DNA of 63,720 nucleotides, the filler included, from Reticulomyxa filosa (taxonomy: Eukaryota; Protista; Foraminifera), in NCBI GenBank assembly GCA_000512085.1. It is 22 parts of 22 records of this genome, joined end to end, with 100 filler letters (N's around TTAATTAATTAA, not from the genome) between each part and the next. Parts side by side here need not be neighbours in the genome. Positions count along the whole stretch, not along the records: positions 23,978 to 26,028 come from ASPP01003479.1; positions 26,129 to 28,076 come from ASPP01001405.1; positions 28,177 to 30,757 come from ASPP01006366.1; positions 30,858 to 40,072 come from ASPP01026658.1; 18 more parts are not named here. One strand, 5' to 3'. Positions 24,645 through 38,128 of the stretch are shown here, piece after piece. The number at the start of each line of letters is the position of its first letter. Position 1 is the stretch's first letter. Below the pieces are notes generated by a model. It saw only the letters and a list, made by a program, of their open reading frames with translations. It searched no databases and had not been told where the DNA came from. Made by a program: the position numbers and the translations under genes.

Positions 24645-27565
24645 TTTTTTTTTGTCGAATAAGAATGAAAGTTTTTTTTTTGCAACGTTTGACTAAAGGA
24701 AAGTAATGTGATGTTAAACTTGTTTGATTTGATGAGTGTAAGCATTGAAAGATTTGTTTGTTGCTTAAAAAAATTGAAAAAGCTGAATTCAATATTTTTT
24801 AAAGTATTGAAAAGCATAATTAATGAAAACTGTATCCAAATATCAAAATAAATTACAAGGTATTTCAAGTGTTGTGTTTTTTGTATAATCAAGCAAGATT
24901 GTTTTTGTAGTAATTCATGATGAAATTCTTTTCTGTTTCGAAGAACACTGAATATTATTAAAAACTGAAATATTGTTGCCGCCACTGAATCTTTTTGAAA
25001 AATGCAGTGATAGATATAAAAAAAAGCAGACAACACCCAACCAATAGTGAATCATTTTAGATGGTGATCAATCAAAACACAGAATATGATCGTGGATCAA
25101 CTGTGGCTATCAAGAAAAGCAGTATAGATGGACCATTATGAAAATAATCACAAATTAGACAAGTACGAAATAGAAGTGTTTGCCTGCATCAAGTATATTG
25201 GAAACACCATGATGACAAACAAAGCTTTTTTTTATTCAACAATTATAAAATAAGCAAAGTATGAATTGCGCAAAACATCAAGTTGACTCTCAAAATCTTG
25301 TGTACTTTGTCTAAAGAAAATGTGCGCTCTGTCTAATGTAATTTTAACAATCTTTGTATTATGTTTTTGTGCAAAGATATTGACTATTTAGAATAATTCC
25401 AGTTTCTTCATTATTACAACTGGTTTTAGATAGAAAGCATTGAACAAGAAACCAATTTGGAATCTCGTTTCTTATGTTCTCATTAGACAATTTTGTCAAC
25501 ACAAGACATATCAAACCACATTGTATGAACAGCATCAAAATAATCAAAACAGGAAAATTTTAAAGTGATAGCAGGGTGCATTATCAAGAACAATATCTCT
25601 TCTTGAGTCAAGATATAGACAATCGGTAATTCAACAAATTGCAATTTTTCAATATCTCAGGAATAGTTCATGTTTAGATATGTTCAGAATTGATGTACAT
25701 TAATTTAATTAATTGTATTTACAAAAAGAAAAGATTTCTGATAGACATTACATTACCTTCATTTAATCATTGATGTTTACAATGTTAATCCAAATTTAAT
25801 TACTTGACGGAATCACTTTCTTTTTTATTTCGCTATAATTAATATTTATTTGATGAATTTGATTATTTTTTATTGCCTTGATCGATGTAATTTATTATTT
25901 GTTTGCGTTGTAATGATTCATTTTTGAAATCAAAGGAGAACTAAAAGGAAGAATAAAAAAAAGAATAAAAGGAGTAACAAAAAAAAGATCAATTCAAGTA
26001 TCATTGTCTTTTCAAATTACTCCTTAGCNNNNNNNNNNNNNNNNNNNNNNNNNNNNNNNNNNNNNNNNNNNNTTAATTAATTAANNNNNNNNNNNNNNNN
26101 NNNNNNNNNNNNNNNNNNNNNNNNNNNNATGAAAATACACACAAATGTTGCCCAAGTCAAGGGCTTTCAACTCATATATTTATTTATTTTTTTAAATTTA
26201 TCATAATTGATCAGCAACAGAAAATGACTAATCATTTATACTATTTGAATTTTACATCCATTACACTTCTTTTTTTTTAGATTTTATGTGACAAAATAAA
26301 TCATAATTGCAACTGAAAAAAATAAGGATTGGCGGATAAGCATAATATTACTGTGAAAACTTTAATATATTTGCCTGTCAAATACTCCAATAATAATTCC
26401 CTTTTTTTTTTAAAATGTGTCTTGGGAATGACTTATTTCAAGGGTAAGAAAACTTTCTGCAATGCTTGACTCATCTAACTTTCTCTTAAATGTATTGCTC
26501 CTCAAACTTGTTAATATAAACTTTGAATTTTCTTCATTGCATTATAAAGGAGTTGCGCTTTATTTTTTTTATGAGTTCGGCAATGGTTTTAAATTTATGC
26601 ATTTAATTATTGTATTTTTGTATATGCAAACATGCAAGCGCGTCAATTTTTTCCATTACATTGACATGTTATCATGCATGAAACGAACAAACAAACGCAC
26701 TGTAATTAAGCGAAATAATGTCAATGAGAATTTATTTTCAGCTTGATCTGTGAATAAATGATTGGCGCTGTAGCCAATCCCAAGGCGCTGATAATACATA
26801 GCAATAGTGATAGTGCGAATGCTGGTATTTATGGCGCAATGACAAATTTGAATGAACTTTTTTTTTGCCAGCAGCAATGCAAATGAGCTAGAGTTCAATA
26901 CAAATAGTCCACAACATTTACTAAAGCATTCATTGCTTTGACTTATCACTAAATATTTTTTCAGCTATTGCAATCTACTGACATATATTTCCGATTCCAA
27001 AGTGAATTGCAATCCTTTTGTTTTGTTTTTTTTATTATATACTTTATATATTGCTTATATTTAAAAAAAAATTATAAATGTAAATACATATATGTATGTA
27101 CACATATAAATGTACATACGTATTTAAAGTTAACCATTGATATTATCATTTTTCTCTCTCCCAGATAACAGTGCTTGCATGTAAACGTTAAAAACAATGA
27201 AATTTTGGACGGTAATGAACTTGGATGAAGACTTTGTGGTGTTTTCGACAAAAAAACTATCGATTTTGTCAAAGAGGCAAGTTGAACACTTTCTGTCGAT
27301 CGAAAGCGGATACATTTGAACCCTTTTTTTTGGTGTTTGAGCCGGTGGAAGTAAGCCAAGGATGCAACAACGACAAAGGCACGTGGATTTCCGGAGAGAC
27401 TCTTCGATTACCTCACCCTAGACGCCGTCACGAACAATCAAAAAACACATTTTGAGGCACTGTTATTTGATCATCGGAGCTTGACGCACTTTAGCCAAAA
27501 CTTGTCATATATTTTGGTTTTCGCAATTTCGTGAGCAAACTGTTTAGCTGAGTGAAAGAATTCAA

Positions 27566-28020
27566 CTATGTCTTTGGTTCATATTCAGAATTTCCAAACT
27601 TGGGCAAATCGTGCACCGACCAATTGTGAAACAAGTTGAATTGCGAATTGAACATATTGCGACCGCCGATGCTCGTTGCGGAAGGGGCACGAGGCAATAC
27701 CACGATCGAATTTAGCACATTGACGCTCCCCGTATATCTTCTCTTTGTAGTTTTCCAACTTGCCGTACTTGGCTCCACGGCGAGGCCTTCTTTTCTGTTG
27801 CCTTGTCCTTTGTCCCTTCTGTTTCTCCTTTGCGTTGCCACTTGTTTTTTGTTTGAATCCGCGCTATTGTCTCTTACCCCCTTTTGTTGTTGTTGCTGCT
27901 GGTCTTATGTTGAAGCGATCGATTTCTTTGGTGATGACGTGGCTGTTGTTGTATCATTTCTTTTTTGTCTTTGTTCGTCCTCTTGCATCGTTTTGTGGCA
28001 AAGCGGATGTTATTATCACT
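27566..28020 (-). CDS. Hypothetical low-complexity coding fragment
   Basis: Higher-GC, coding-like sequence (poly-Gln, Lys/Arg-rich), but the frame is unresolved and no family is recognised. Confidence 0.25.
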
Positions 28021-28274
28021 GCCAATATTTGTTTTTTGTTTGTTTGTTTTTTTTTCATTTATTCACCTTTTTTTTTNNNNNNNNNNNNNNNNNNNNNNNN
28101 NNNNNNNNNNNNNNNNNNNNTTAATTAATTAANNNNNNNNNNNNNNNNNNNNNNNNNNNNNNNNNNNNNNNNNNNNTATATGTATATGTATATGTATTTA
28201 TATTATATTATATATGCATATGTGAACGTATACATATATGTACATATATTTCATTTGTTTAAAAAAAAAAATAG

Positions 28275-28953
28275 GAAAGACAGGTATGGAAGAGGTCTGC
28301 TCAAAGAGGCAAGTCGAACATGCCAGGTGGTGAGAACGCAAACGGATCCAAGGGAAAGCAAACGAAAACGTCGATAACAGAGCCACTGATGCAGCGGCTG
28401 GAAAGTATCGAAATGGACGGCAATGATATCAGCGATGCCTTGGCACAGTTCAAACAAATAATCATTCGACAAAAAGAAGAGCTGAAATACAGAAACGAAC
28501 AAATAGCACAGAAAGAACAAATACACGCCGCAGCCGTCGAACAAATGAAGAAAGAATTTGCCCAAGAGTTGCAACGTGTCAAATCTCAAGCACAAGTTAC
28601 ACCTTTTTAATTTATGTATTTTTATATTTGTGTATTTTTATGTATTACGTGTTATATGTGCTTTTTATGTTTGTGTATACGTGTATATATGCATGTACGT
28701 CCCGCATGTATATTGTCGAAATAAAAAGATAATCGCGAAAATAAATAAAAAAAGATAGGCAGAAATTGATCAATTGAAAATCCAATTGGAAACATTGAAA
28801 GCAGAATTGACGAGTGAAAAACTGGCGAAAGTGGAGATTGCAAAAGCGTTGGAACAGAGTCAGCAAGAGATAAATGCACAAGCGAAGATGATTCAAATGG
28901 GCATTGCCAATAAAAATGACAATAAAACAGCCAGCAATAGCAGTAGTAATAAC

Positions 28954-28985
<32 letters not shown>

Positions 28986-30179
28986 TGAACCATCGATAGT
29001 GACAGAATTACGTAATCAGATATTCACATTGGAAAAAGAATACATGCAAATGTCGGAAATGTGCAGTAACTTGCGGACGAAAGAGGCATTATTTGAGAAG
29101 GAGAAGGAAGAATGGACTCGTCAAAACGAACTGCAAGCACAGTGGATGAACGAGCAAAAGGTGATATCGAACGAGTTGAAGGACTCGATAAAAATTTTGC
29201 AACAGCAATTGTTGGAGTCGAAGAACGATCGAAGCGATCTGATCGAGGCCTTGCAATCGCAATGGGAGGAAAGTAAAAAAGAGATAATCCAATTGAAGGA
29301 GGAGATTGCATACTACAAGCAAGAGATGGAAAAGTGGACGATGAACGAAAAGGATCGAAGCAGTGAGCCAACAGAGAAGGAGACTGAGCAAATGCGTGAG
29401 TTGAAAAATGAAATCGTGCAATTGAAGCAGCAGTTGAGTGATGAGATCAAAAAGAATGTCACACAAAGCAAGAACAATGAGTTGATGACGAAGCGTCTGC
29501 AGAGCCCACAGAGCAAAGAGCGTCAGCATTCAATGTCCATTTTGTCGCATTTGCCACAGCCCGACGAAGTCACGATCAATTGTACGGACATTATCAAGAA
29601 TTATTACAACGGCATTCAATTGAATGGTGACAAAATGGTGCAAGAGTTTGACGCCTTTTTGCGATATGTGCGTGTCCCAAAGACTTCAATAGACCATTTT
29701 ACTACAAGTTCTTCAAGTAATACTACCACCATTGCAACAGCGAATAAAAAGAGACCCACCGGCAGTGACGAAAATGAGTTGTTGGGACTAAAGTTTTCAA
29801 ACGAACAGAAACAAAAGGGTGTGGTCGGCATCATCGAGGGCTTGCTGCTGAGTCGCAAGGAAATGATGGACAAGTATCGCAAGTTGCGTCAAGAGTGGCG
29901 GCAATTGCAAGACGACATCATCGAAATGAACGTGAACCATACCAATCAAATCAACACATACATTGAGGAGAAGCGCGTGCAAGACGCAAAGTACAGTGAA
30001 CTGAAACAGGAAAACTCCAGACTCGCCGGGCTCATCGACAAATACAAAAATCAAATCCAAAAGTTGCAAGAGGAGGAGTACGCCTTGCCCATGGACGTTA
30101 CTACATCTGGGCGTAGCACAGGTATTGGTGATGATTTGATTCCTGTGTCTTCTTCGATTGCCGGTGCAGGCATTGGAGT

Positions 30180-30215
<36 letters not shown>

Positions 30216-30757
30216 GCGGTCGACGATGAAGAGACCGACCAGCGGAGGAACGATGATCGACTTGGACGTGGGTCACAAGCAATGCAAGGAACGCATTGAG
30301 ACGTTGGAGAAGGATCTGCAACAACTAAACGACAAACACATGCACGAAGAAAACTTGTGGAGAAGCGAACGTGCCGAAATGGAATCGGAAAAAGTGGCGT
30401 TTGAAAATGAATTGCGAACAATGGTCAATCATTTGGACGAAATCATGACCGAGAGACAGCAGTTTGAACACCACTCCGAGCGCTGGCAGGCCATGTATTA
30501 CCAGCTGTTGGAAGCAGTTCATGATAAAGGCTTGGAAATTTCCATTTCGATGCCTTTGGATCACAATATGCTCTCTTTAGACAAGGATGATCGTGATCAT
30601 GATATCCATTCTTATCCTCATCATCAACAACATAATCATCTTTCCAATGACTCTAGAGTACGACATTTGGAGACGTTTAGTGTCAGTGTCGACGAAGACG
30701 ACGACAGAGGCAGAAACAACAATAACAATAACAATAACAATAACAATAACAATAACA
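28275..30757 (+). CDS. Long coiled-coil protein, internal fragment, with poly-Asn and (GA)n tracts
   Basis: Exon ~28275-28595, then a >650-aa open frame of heptad-rich E/K/Q/L sequence. Confidence 0.8.
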
Positions 30758-31239
30758 NNNNNNNNNNNNNNNNNNNNNNNNNNNNNNNNNNNNNNNNNNN
30801 NTTAATTAATTAANNNNNNNNNNNNNNNNNNNNNNNNNNNNNNNNNNNNNNNNNNNNAAAAAAAAAAAGTCGCACAAACTCAATAATAAATATAATTTTT
30901 AAATTAGCTAATACTTGTTAATATTTACTTTTTGTTGCAAATACTGATTTTTATTAAGTCGAAACTGTAAAAAAAAACAGGATTGAAAAAACTTAGCTAG
31001 TTTTATGATATATTGAAATTTGCACGAAAATGTTTTGTGATTACAAACAAGCAAAGTAAACAACGTTAATACTAAATCAAAAACGATAATTCCAGGTGAA
31101 AAAGAAAAAAGAGTGTGCACATATTCAATGCCGTCAATGTCACAATGAAAAAATGCATGGTGCAATCGCTAATATGGACGAACAACAAAAACAAGATTTT
31201 TGAACAAGATGACAATAGATTCAAACGTAATTAGATATA

Positions 31240-31593
31240 ATGACTGCTATTGAATTATTTTGCTCAGGAGAGCATACTTATTGCACATGCACGAAGCCAG
31301 CATGTCAACAATTTCGCAAATCATATTGGCTTCCTTTACAAATTCGAGCACGTAGGCCTAATAATATTATACAGATGAAAGGTTATAGTAATTTCGATAC
31401 TATAATGATAAAAGACATCAGAAAACAAATAGAAAAACATATGAATATTAAAGAAATTGATTCGCATTTTTTAAAAGTATCAACATCCGATCTTTCAAAT
31501 GATGTTCAAGAAAATTTAGTTAATTCAACAGTCATTTCTGAACAACAGCAAGAACAAAAAGTAAATTCAGTTTTTGTATTCACTCCAAAGTGA
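31240..31593 (+). CDS. Hypothetical protein with Cys/His cluster (possibly decayed)
   Basis: 117-aa ORF with CSGEHTYCTCTKPAC; the upstream frame is broken. Confidence 0.3.
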   Translation: MTAIELFCSGEHTYCTCTKPACQQFRKSYWLPLQIRARRPNNIIQMKGYSNFDTIMIKDIRKQIEKHMNIKEIDSHFLKVSTSDLSNDVQENLVNSTVISEQQQEQKVNSVFVFTPK

Positions 31594-31723
31594 AAATAAA
31601 AATAGATTAAACAATTTAAATATGCAAAACTTATAAATAGGCATCATAGTGAATATAAAAAAATAATTTTATTAAAAAAAACCACTAAAATGCAAATATT
31701 CTATCTCTAACTATAACATAATC

Positions 31724-31896
31724 CAATATTACTACGATATAGAACGCTAAAACTTAAGGGTCTACCTTAGCTGGACTACTAAAATAAAAATATTCAACGA
31801 TAGGGAATGCTAATACTTAAGGGTGTATTCTTATTTTTAAGTAGTCCAGCTAAGGTAGGCCCTTAAGTCTTAGCGTTCCAGATAATAGTAATATTG
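31724..31896. repeat. ~170-bp foldback (MITE-like) element
   Basis: gaacgctaaaacttaagggtctaccttagctggactact is inverted against agtagtccagctaaggtaggcccttaagtcttagcgttc, with outer caatattacta/tagtaatattg. Confidence 0.85.
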
Positions 31897-32525
31897 AAGT
31901 TTCTGTTTTCAAATAAAAAAAAAATGTAGCCGGACTCTTGGACTTTCCATATCTGAAAACAAAAATTTGACTTGGAAAAATGATGAGATATAAAATGCTG
32001 TATTAACTTTGTGTTAATTTTGTTAATAGTCACGAGTGATCAAAGCGTATTACAAAAATGTTTTAAAAAACAAATAGAACAAAAGCAAGATCTTAGTAAC
32101 ACAACTTCTTTTCAGGAGTTGAAGACTTCCTCGATTTACTTGTCTTTTCGAATCATTTCTCAATATATTTTACAGTTCTTAAAAATACTTTTGCTAACAT
32201 TGTAGTGTAGATATGAAATATATTTTTACAAATGACATGCTTAAATATAAAGTAGTTATTTGTAAAAGTTTGATTAAATACTGATGTCTGCTAGTACAAT
32301 ATTGACTAATTTTTGTTAAAAAAAAGTGTGCTTTGTCTGTTAAATAATAATATATTAAAACTCCAATTACATGCAAAATTTTTATTTGCTGTTCTTAATT
32401 GTCCTTTTGAATAAAAAATGGAGCTTTGCCAGTTATAATAGAGACTCATCCTACACTCCAAATGGTTCATTAAGTTTTAATGTGTTGATGTTTCGCAAAG
32501 ATAATTTAATCGTATAAATGTGCGA

Positions 32526-33201
32526 GTATAAAATGGAATGCAATAAAATAAAAAACCAGTCTAGAGATTTGTGATTGCTCCATTGTTACTTTAAAAATAA
32601 TTATCAAATAACTCAAAATGCAATATACTAAAACAGAAATTAGGAATTAGACTAATATATAAGACAAATATATTTTGTTGATGAAATATAGAATTGATAT
32701 TTATTTGATTTTTGTTTTTATTGAAAGGATGGAAATAAAATTGTTTTGAATGGCAATATAAATATAATTATTCTTTATTTTTGTTCAATTTAAACGATAA
32801 AAAATAATATTTTCAAAGTTTTATATAACAATATTCCAAAATATGTGTTTGAATTATTTGCCGCAATTGAAGGAATGATTTTACAAAAATAAAATTGCAT
32901 TTAAATAAATTGATGTCGTGATTGCAATAAACAATTTATTTATTTTATAAAAGCTTTGTTTATTATTTGATACTAATCAATTTCAACAATATTACATATT
33001 TTTTGAAAAACAATACAAAGCATATAATCAATTCTATATATTTCATTAACAAAATATATTTATCTTATATATTAGTCTAATTCCTAATTTCTGTTTTAGT
33101 ATATTGCATTTTGAGTTATTTGATAATTATTTTTAAAGTGACAATGGAGCAATCACAAATCTCTAGACTGGTTTTTTGTTTTATTGCATTCCATTTTATA
33201 C
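32526..33201. repeat. ~680-bp foldback with near-identical ~170-bp inverted arms
   Basis: 32526-~32698 is the reverse complement of ~33027-33201 with few mismatches (e.g. ccagtctagagatttgtgattgctccattg / caatggagcaatcacaaatctctagactgg). Confidence 0.93.
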
Positions 33202-34678
33202 ACTACTTGTTTTACATATATACTTTTATTGTATTTTTTATTTTTGATTTGTTATTATCTATAACAATGCAATTTTGTATCATTACCACTTTGAAGCAAG
33301 TCACTAAACAAATATAATTTTTCTTGAACAATATAATGATATGTTCATCTTTTAGCAAAAATCTTTTTTAGAACAGTGGCCTTAGACGGAGTTGATCAAA
33401 AAAATGCAGCTGACACTTGAGTTCACAATAAATAACAATACAAAAAAATGTTTAATATATTTTACAATTAGTATTCCAATAATTACAATTCTACCATTTT
33501 TGCAATTCTGAATGTGTAATGTAATATATTGTGCAAAAATGAAGAAAAGTAAATGTAGTACGAAAGTGACTCAATTACTGAAATGGAAATTACCAAACAG
33601 TTTTAATTTTGGTTTATGCAGCTGAATTTATTTTTTCTGATCAATTCAATTTTTTTTTTTGCATTTAGAAATATTAACATTGCACTTGCAACAAGTGCCT
33701 AAGTAAAATAAATAACAATTACACTTTTAACAAATTACATTAGATTAATATTTTTTGCTAAATAATTTGTTTACATTTTTTTTTGTAAAACTTCAAAGTT
33801 GTCATTGCAACAAATAAGTAACACTAATATATATCGCAAATCTTTATCGTGTGCTTTTTTTTTGATTAACTTACTTCATCTTAAATTGATTTTAGTTTGA
33901 ATATTAAATATATTTAATTAGTTTTAATTTTTATTTACTACATTTTTTGTACGTGTTAAGTAGCTGCTTCTCTTTTTTCCAATAAGTTAAAACCTTTTTT
34001 TTTGATAATTTATCATAAATCGACAATTTGAAATCTTTATAATTAACTTAAATCTTATTCTTTAAAAAAGAATATGAATGGAATGCAATAGATTGATTAG
34101 TTTCAAATAATAAACAAAGTTTTTGCAAATATGATAAAATAAATTCATTACAACGATCTACAAATAAGCTGCCTGTTGAAATGTAAAAAAAAAGAATTTC
34201 AATCCAAATTATTACTAGTATGAATGTTATGCTATTTTTCATGTTAAAAATGTATCTCTTATGAAAATATCTCATATGAAATTGTTTAGTTTGTGTTATA
34301 TGATATTTTTTGTTAGTTAGTGTAATAAAAATTTTTTGAATAATCATGGCTGTCTTAGTGGCAGTTTTTTTTAAAATCATGTTACTTGATATATAAAAAC
34401 TCATTGTATTGCATGAGCGTCATTTAATAATTAGTATGCAAAAAAAAATTAGTATCTCAATGAATTGCAGTGAAGCCAAACATCAAAATACCTATTCCAA
34501 TACACAAAAAGAAGCTAACATGTCAACGGTTAATGGTAATAAGTTAATACCTTCACTATGAATAAAGAACAAAGATGGATGCTCAGATGACAGTTTTTTT
34601 TAGAGAAACTCTTGCATGAGTTTTTTTTGTTTGTTTGTTTGGGGTCCGGCCATCATCAAGAGAAAGCTTGAAGTAGAT

Positions 34679-36314
34679 ATGCGCCACGTACCACCAGCTC
34701 CGAAACGTAATCAATATGCCCATAATATGGCTAATAGCAGAGGCAATAATCACGCTTCGAATACCAATGCACAGGTAAAAGACAATGACATTGAATATGT
34801 GCGTACTATGCTAAAAAGCAATTTAGAAGGAAACTCCAGTAAAAAGTGGCAGAAAAGCAACATGGCAAGAGGCAATTTAGAAGAAGGAAATGACAGTAAA
34901 AAGTGGCAGAAAAGCAATATGGTAAGAAGTAATTTAGAAGAAGGAAACGCTAGTAAAAAGTGGCAGAAAAGCAACATGGCAAGAAGCAATGCCAAAAGGG
35001 CACAAACGTGCAAATGTGGGACCATGTCACGTCTTTTAGACGAGAAAGAAGAAAAGAAAGATATCAAGGATATCCTCTGGGACTCTAAAAAAAAGTAGAT
35101 GAATTACAAATTGAGAACATATAAGAAAATCAAAATATAGCGATGCAAAAAATCGGAACATATTGCGAATTAATAACACAACATATTCGACTGTATTGTC
35201 AAAAAGTAAAGCAAGGACTGGTTCTTCCTATCCAAGGTGAATTGCACAATCGGCAAGCTGTCGAAACATATGGAAAAAAATACACTTATCCAAACATAAC
35301 AGCCGAAGGGCTAAACTTCATGGTGGATGAGGTAGAAAGAGTGTTGAGAGAGCATTTAAAAATTACGGCACATGAAAGAATTATTTTGGTGGCCAAGTTA
35401 ACCGTTGCGAGTGAACCAAGCGTTTTGGTTCAATGGACCATAACAAATAAAGTAAATATTGTTTCCAGATATCAACTTGAGATTATGCAATGTAGTAACG
35501 CCGATAATAACGACAGCAAAAGTGGTGACAACAAAAATAGTGACAACAAAAGTAGCAGTGAGGTATGGAACAAAATAGAAGAAATTGAAGTAGTGCCAAC
35601 TGCAAACAATGGTACCATCCTACTTTATAACAAAAAAGAGCTCACGTGGGGGAACACTTACAAGATCAGAATGCTGGGCTGTTGTGAATCAAAGTGTATA
35701 TTCACGCCATATTCTGAATGTATTTTTTATATGTAGTCCAAACGTTTATAGACTCTCGAATTATCACAAACGAATTAATAAAGCCAATGTTGTCGCTTAT
35801 ACCTAAAAATACCAGCGTATGAGTATTATTGTATAGTGCAAGTCGGGACGGACCCCGTGGAACAATCTTTCGCTCTATGTGTAGCAGGAAGGGAAAGACT
35901 ATCGTAATTGTAGAAACTCAAAATTGTATATTTGGTGGCTACACAACTCTACCTTGGTCGACTCGTAGAACTGAAAAAACATGTTCTTCTGACAAAACTG
36001 CGTTTTTATTTTCGCTGAAAAATGAAAGTGGTGTCAATCCCAAAAGCTTTCCCATTAAAAGTGGGCACGAAAAAGAGGCAATCGTTGTAGGATCTGACGG
36101 CCCCTGTTTTGGTAAGAAAAAAAAACCACAATACTTCATTATTTTTTTGTCTTATTTTGCTTCTTTAATAGGTATTGGTGATATTGTTATAAAAAACAAC
36201 TTCAACGAATCGATTGAAAATAGTAGTATCTTACAATCATATGAAGGCCCATCACATGCATTGATAACAGGCCAATTTCGAGTAAGCAACATTGAAGTAT
36301 ATTTGATACAGTGA
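34679..36314 (+). pseudogene. Coiled-coil/FN3-like + TLDc domain gene, copy A (disrupted)
   Basis: TLDc motifs LLYSASRDG, IFGGYT..PW, AFLFSL, GPCFG and IEVY. Frameshift/stops at ~35096-35125 and ~35734, TGA at 35820; intron ~36112-36171. Confidence 0.85.
34815..34990 (+). repeat. Coding tandem repeat, 3 x ~60 bp (SNLEEGNxSKKWQKSNMxR)
   Basis: Direct repeats of aatttagaag...agtaaaaagtggcagaaaagcaa. Confidence 0.9.
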
Positions 36315-36894
36315 AAAAATATCTTTTTTTTATTATTTAATCATTTCATCACAGTTTTAGAAAAAATTATTGTTTCTTAAATTGATGTATATTTTCTTCA
36401 GCTTGAACATATTATTTCAACCCACAGCATAATTATTTCTTTGTTAAAAAAAAGAAGATAAGTGTAAACTAAAGTTTTTGTTTTGAAAATCAAATAAATT
36501 GGTGCATGATATAAAATAATTTACAATCGACTACAAAAAAAAAAAAAAATTTACAATTTAATTCAAAAACAGTTAAAAAAAAAGCAAAATAACAATATAG
36601 CTAAAGTCTTGGACTACAATTTCCGCTTTTTTTTGGGAAATTATCTCGCAATATCGAACAATATAGAATGCTAACACTTAATGGTTTAATTTTTTTTTTT
36701 TAAAGTACGTTTTTAAGTAGTAAGGTTAAAATTGTTCTATAATATTTTTTTACAAAATTTAAAATTTATTTGCTTTCAAAAATTTTTTTTTATAAAATTA
36801 GAATTTATTTGTTTTGTTTACTTTTAAAATTTTTTTTTGAAAGGGCAGATGTTTTTTTTTTTTTTTGCATTGGATCTTTAATCATTATATAAAA

Positions 36895-38128
36895 GTTGTA
36901 GATGAATCAAGGATTAGGCCAACATTAAGGCCAACATCAAGGCCAACATTAAGGCCAGCATCAAAGCCAGCATCAAAGCTAGAAACAAATCTAACGTCAT
37001 GCCTAGCTTCAAGACTGGCGTCAAAACCAGCGCCAAGTGCCCTAAAGCAAGATAGTAACTTGACAAAGTTCAGTTGCAATAATCGGCAAGCTTTGCTCAA
37101 GCCAGTTGTCGAATGTCAATACATGCACGATGTTAGATACGTGATAGATGTGCTAAAGGATAATTTGAAAAAAAAGTTACCAAAATGCAATCCGGTAAGA
37201 AAAGATGCAAAAGTACAAAATCACCAAACAAGTACATACACTATTTCAGATGAGAAAGAAGAGAATAATTTACAAAATATTATTCACGACTCTTCAATAA
37301 AAATGGAGAAACTGGAAAATAAAAATACCGAAAAACTAGCAATTAAAAAAATTGAAGAATGTCGCGAATTACTAATAGAACAAATCCGGGAGCACTGTCA
37401 AAAAGTAATACTTGGCATAACAGTGCATGTACAAGAAACAGAATTGTCTTGTAATCAACAAATTGAAAGTAACAAAAAACATACATATCCGCTAGAAAAA
37501 GGAATACAAGATATAAGTAATGCATTAAATTGCATGCTCAATAATCATTTGAAGATTATCTCAAATGAATAAATTGATCTTACAGCCAAATTAACTCCTT
37601 CGGCTACTCCAATGGTATTGATTCAATGGAACATAAAAAATAAACAAAATATTTCCAAATATCAATTGGAAATTTTAAAATGTGGCAACGATAATATTAA
37701 CTATGAATGGGAAAAAATAAAAGAATTTGAGATAGTACCAAGTACAAGCGAAGGATCTCTCGTGCTTTGCCATGAAGAAATCGCGTGGGAAAACACTTAC
37801 AAACTTAGAATTCATGGCTTTTGCAAAACAAAATGTACAGTTACACAGTATTCTCCAGAATTTTTGTTGTATGTATCCCAACAACTGATGGAATCTCGAA
37901 TAATCAAAAATGGAGAACCATGCTTTGGTAAGTGAAAAAAAAATATACAAAGTTTCAAAGTTTTATATTGTTTTGTTTTTAATAGGTAAAGGTGATCTTT
38001 ACATTAGCGAAAATTCTAACAAAAATACTGAGAGTTTTAGCAAATTATGTTCATATGATGGTCCACTTGATGCGTTAATATCAGGTCCATTTACGGTGCA
38101 AGAAATAGAAGTTTATTTACTACAGTAA
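36895..38128 (+). pseudogene. Tandem paralog B of the TLDc gene, with most of the TLDc domain deleted
   Basis: Collinear with copy A (IREHCQKV, KHTYP, HLKI, TAKLT, YQLEI, WENTYKLR, ESRII). In-frame TAA at 37570; jumps directly to PCFG|intron|GDLYI...IEVYLLQ. 12-bp RPTL repeats at the start. Confidence 0.82.

Noticed and set aside
25565-25625. Minus strand reads TQEEILFLIMHP (PARG-like) in one frame and IVLDNAPCYH (DDE-like) in another
   Set aside because: There is no GGG upstream for PARG and no other transposase motif nearby; the matches are too short to call.
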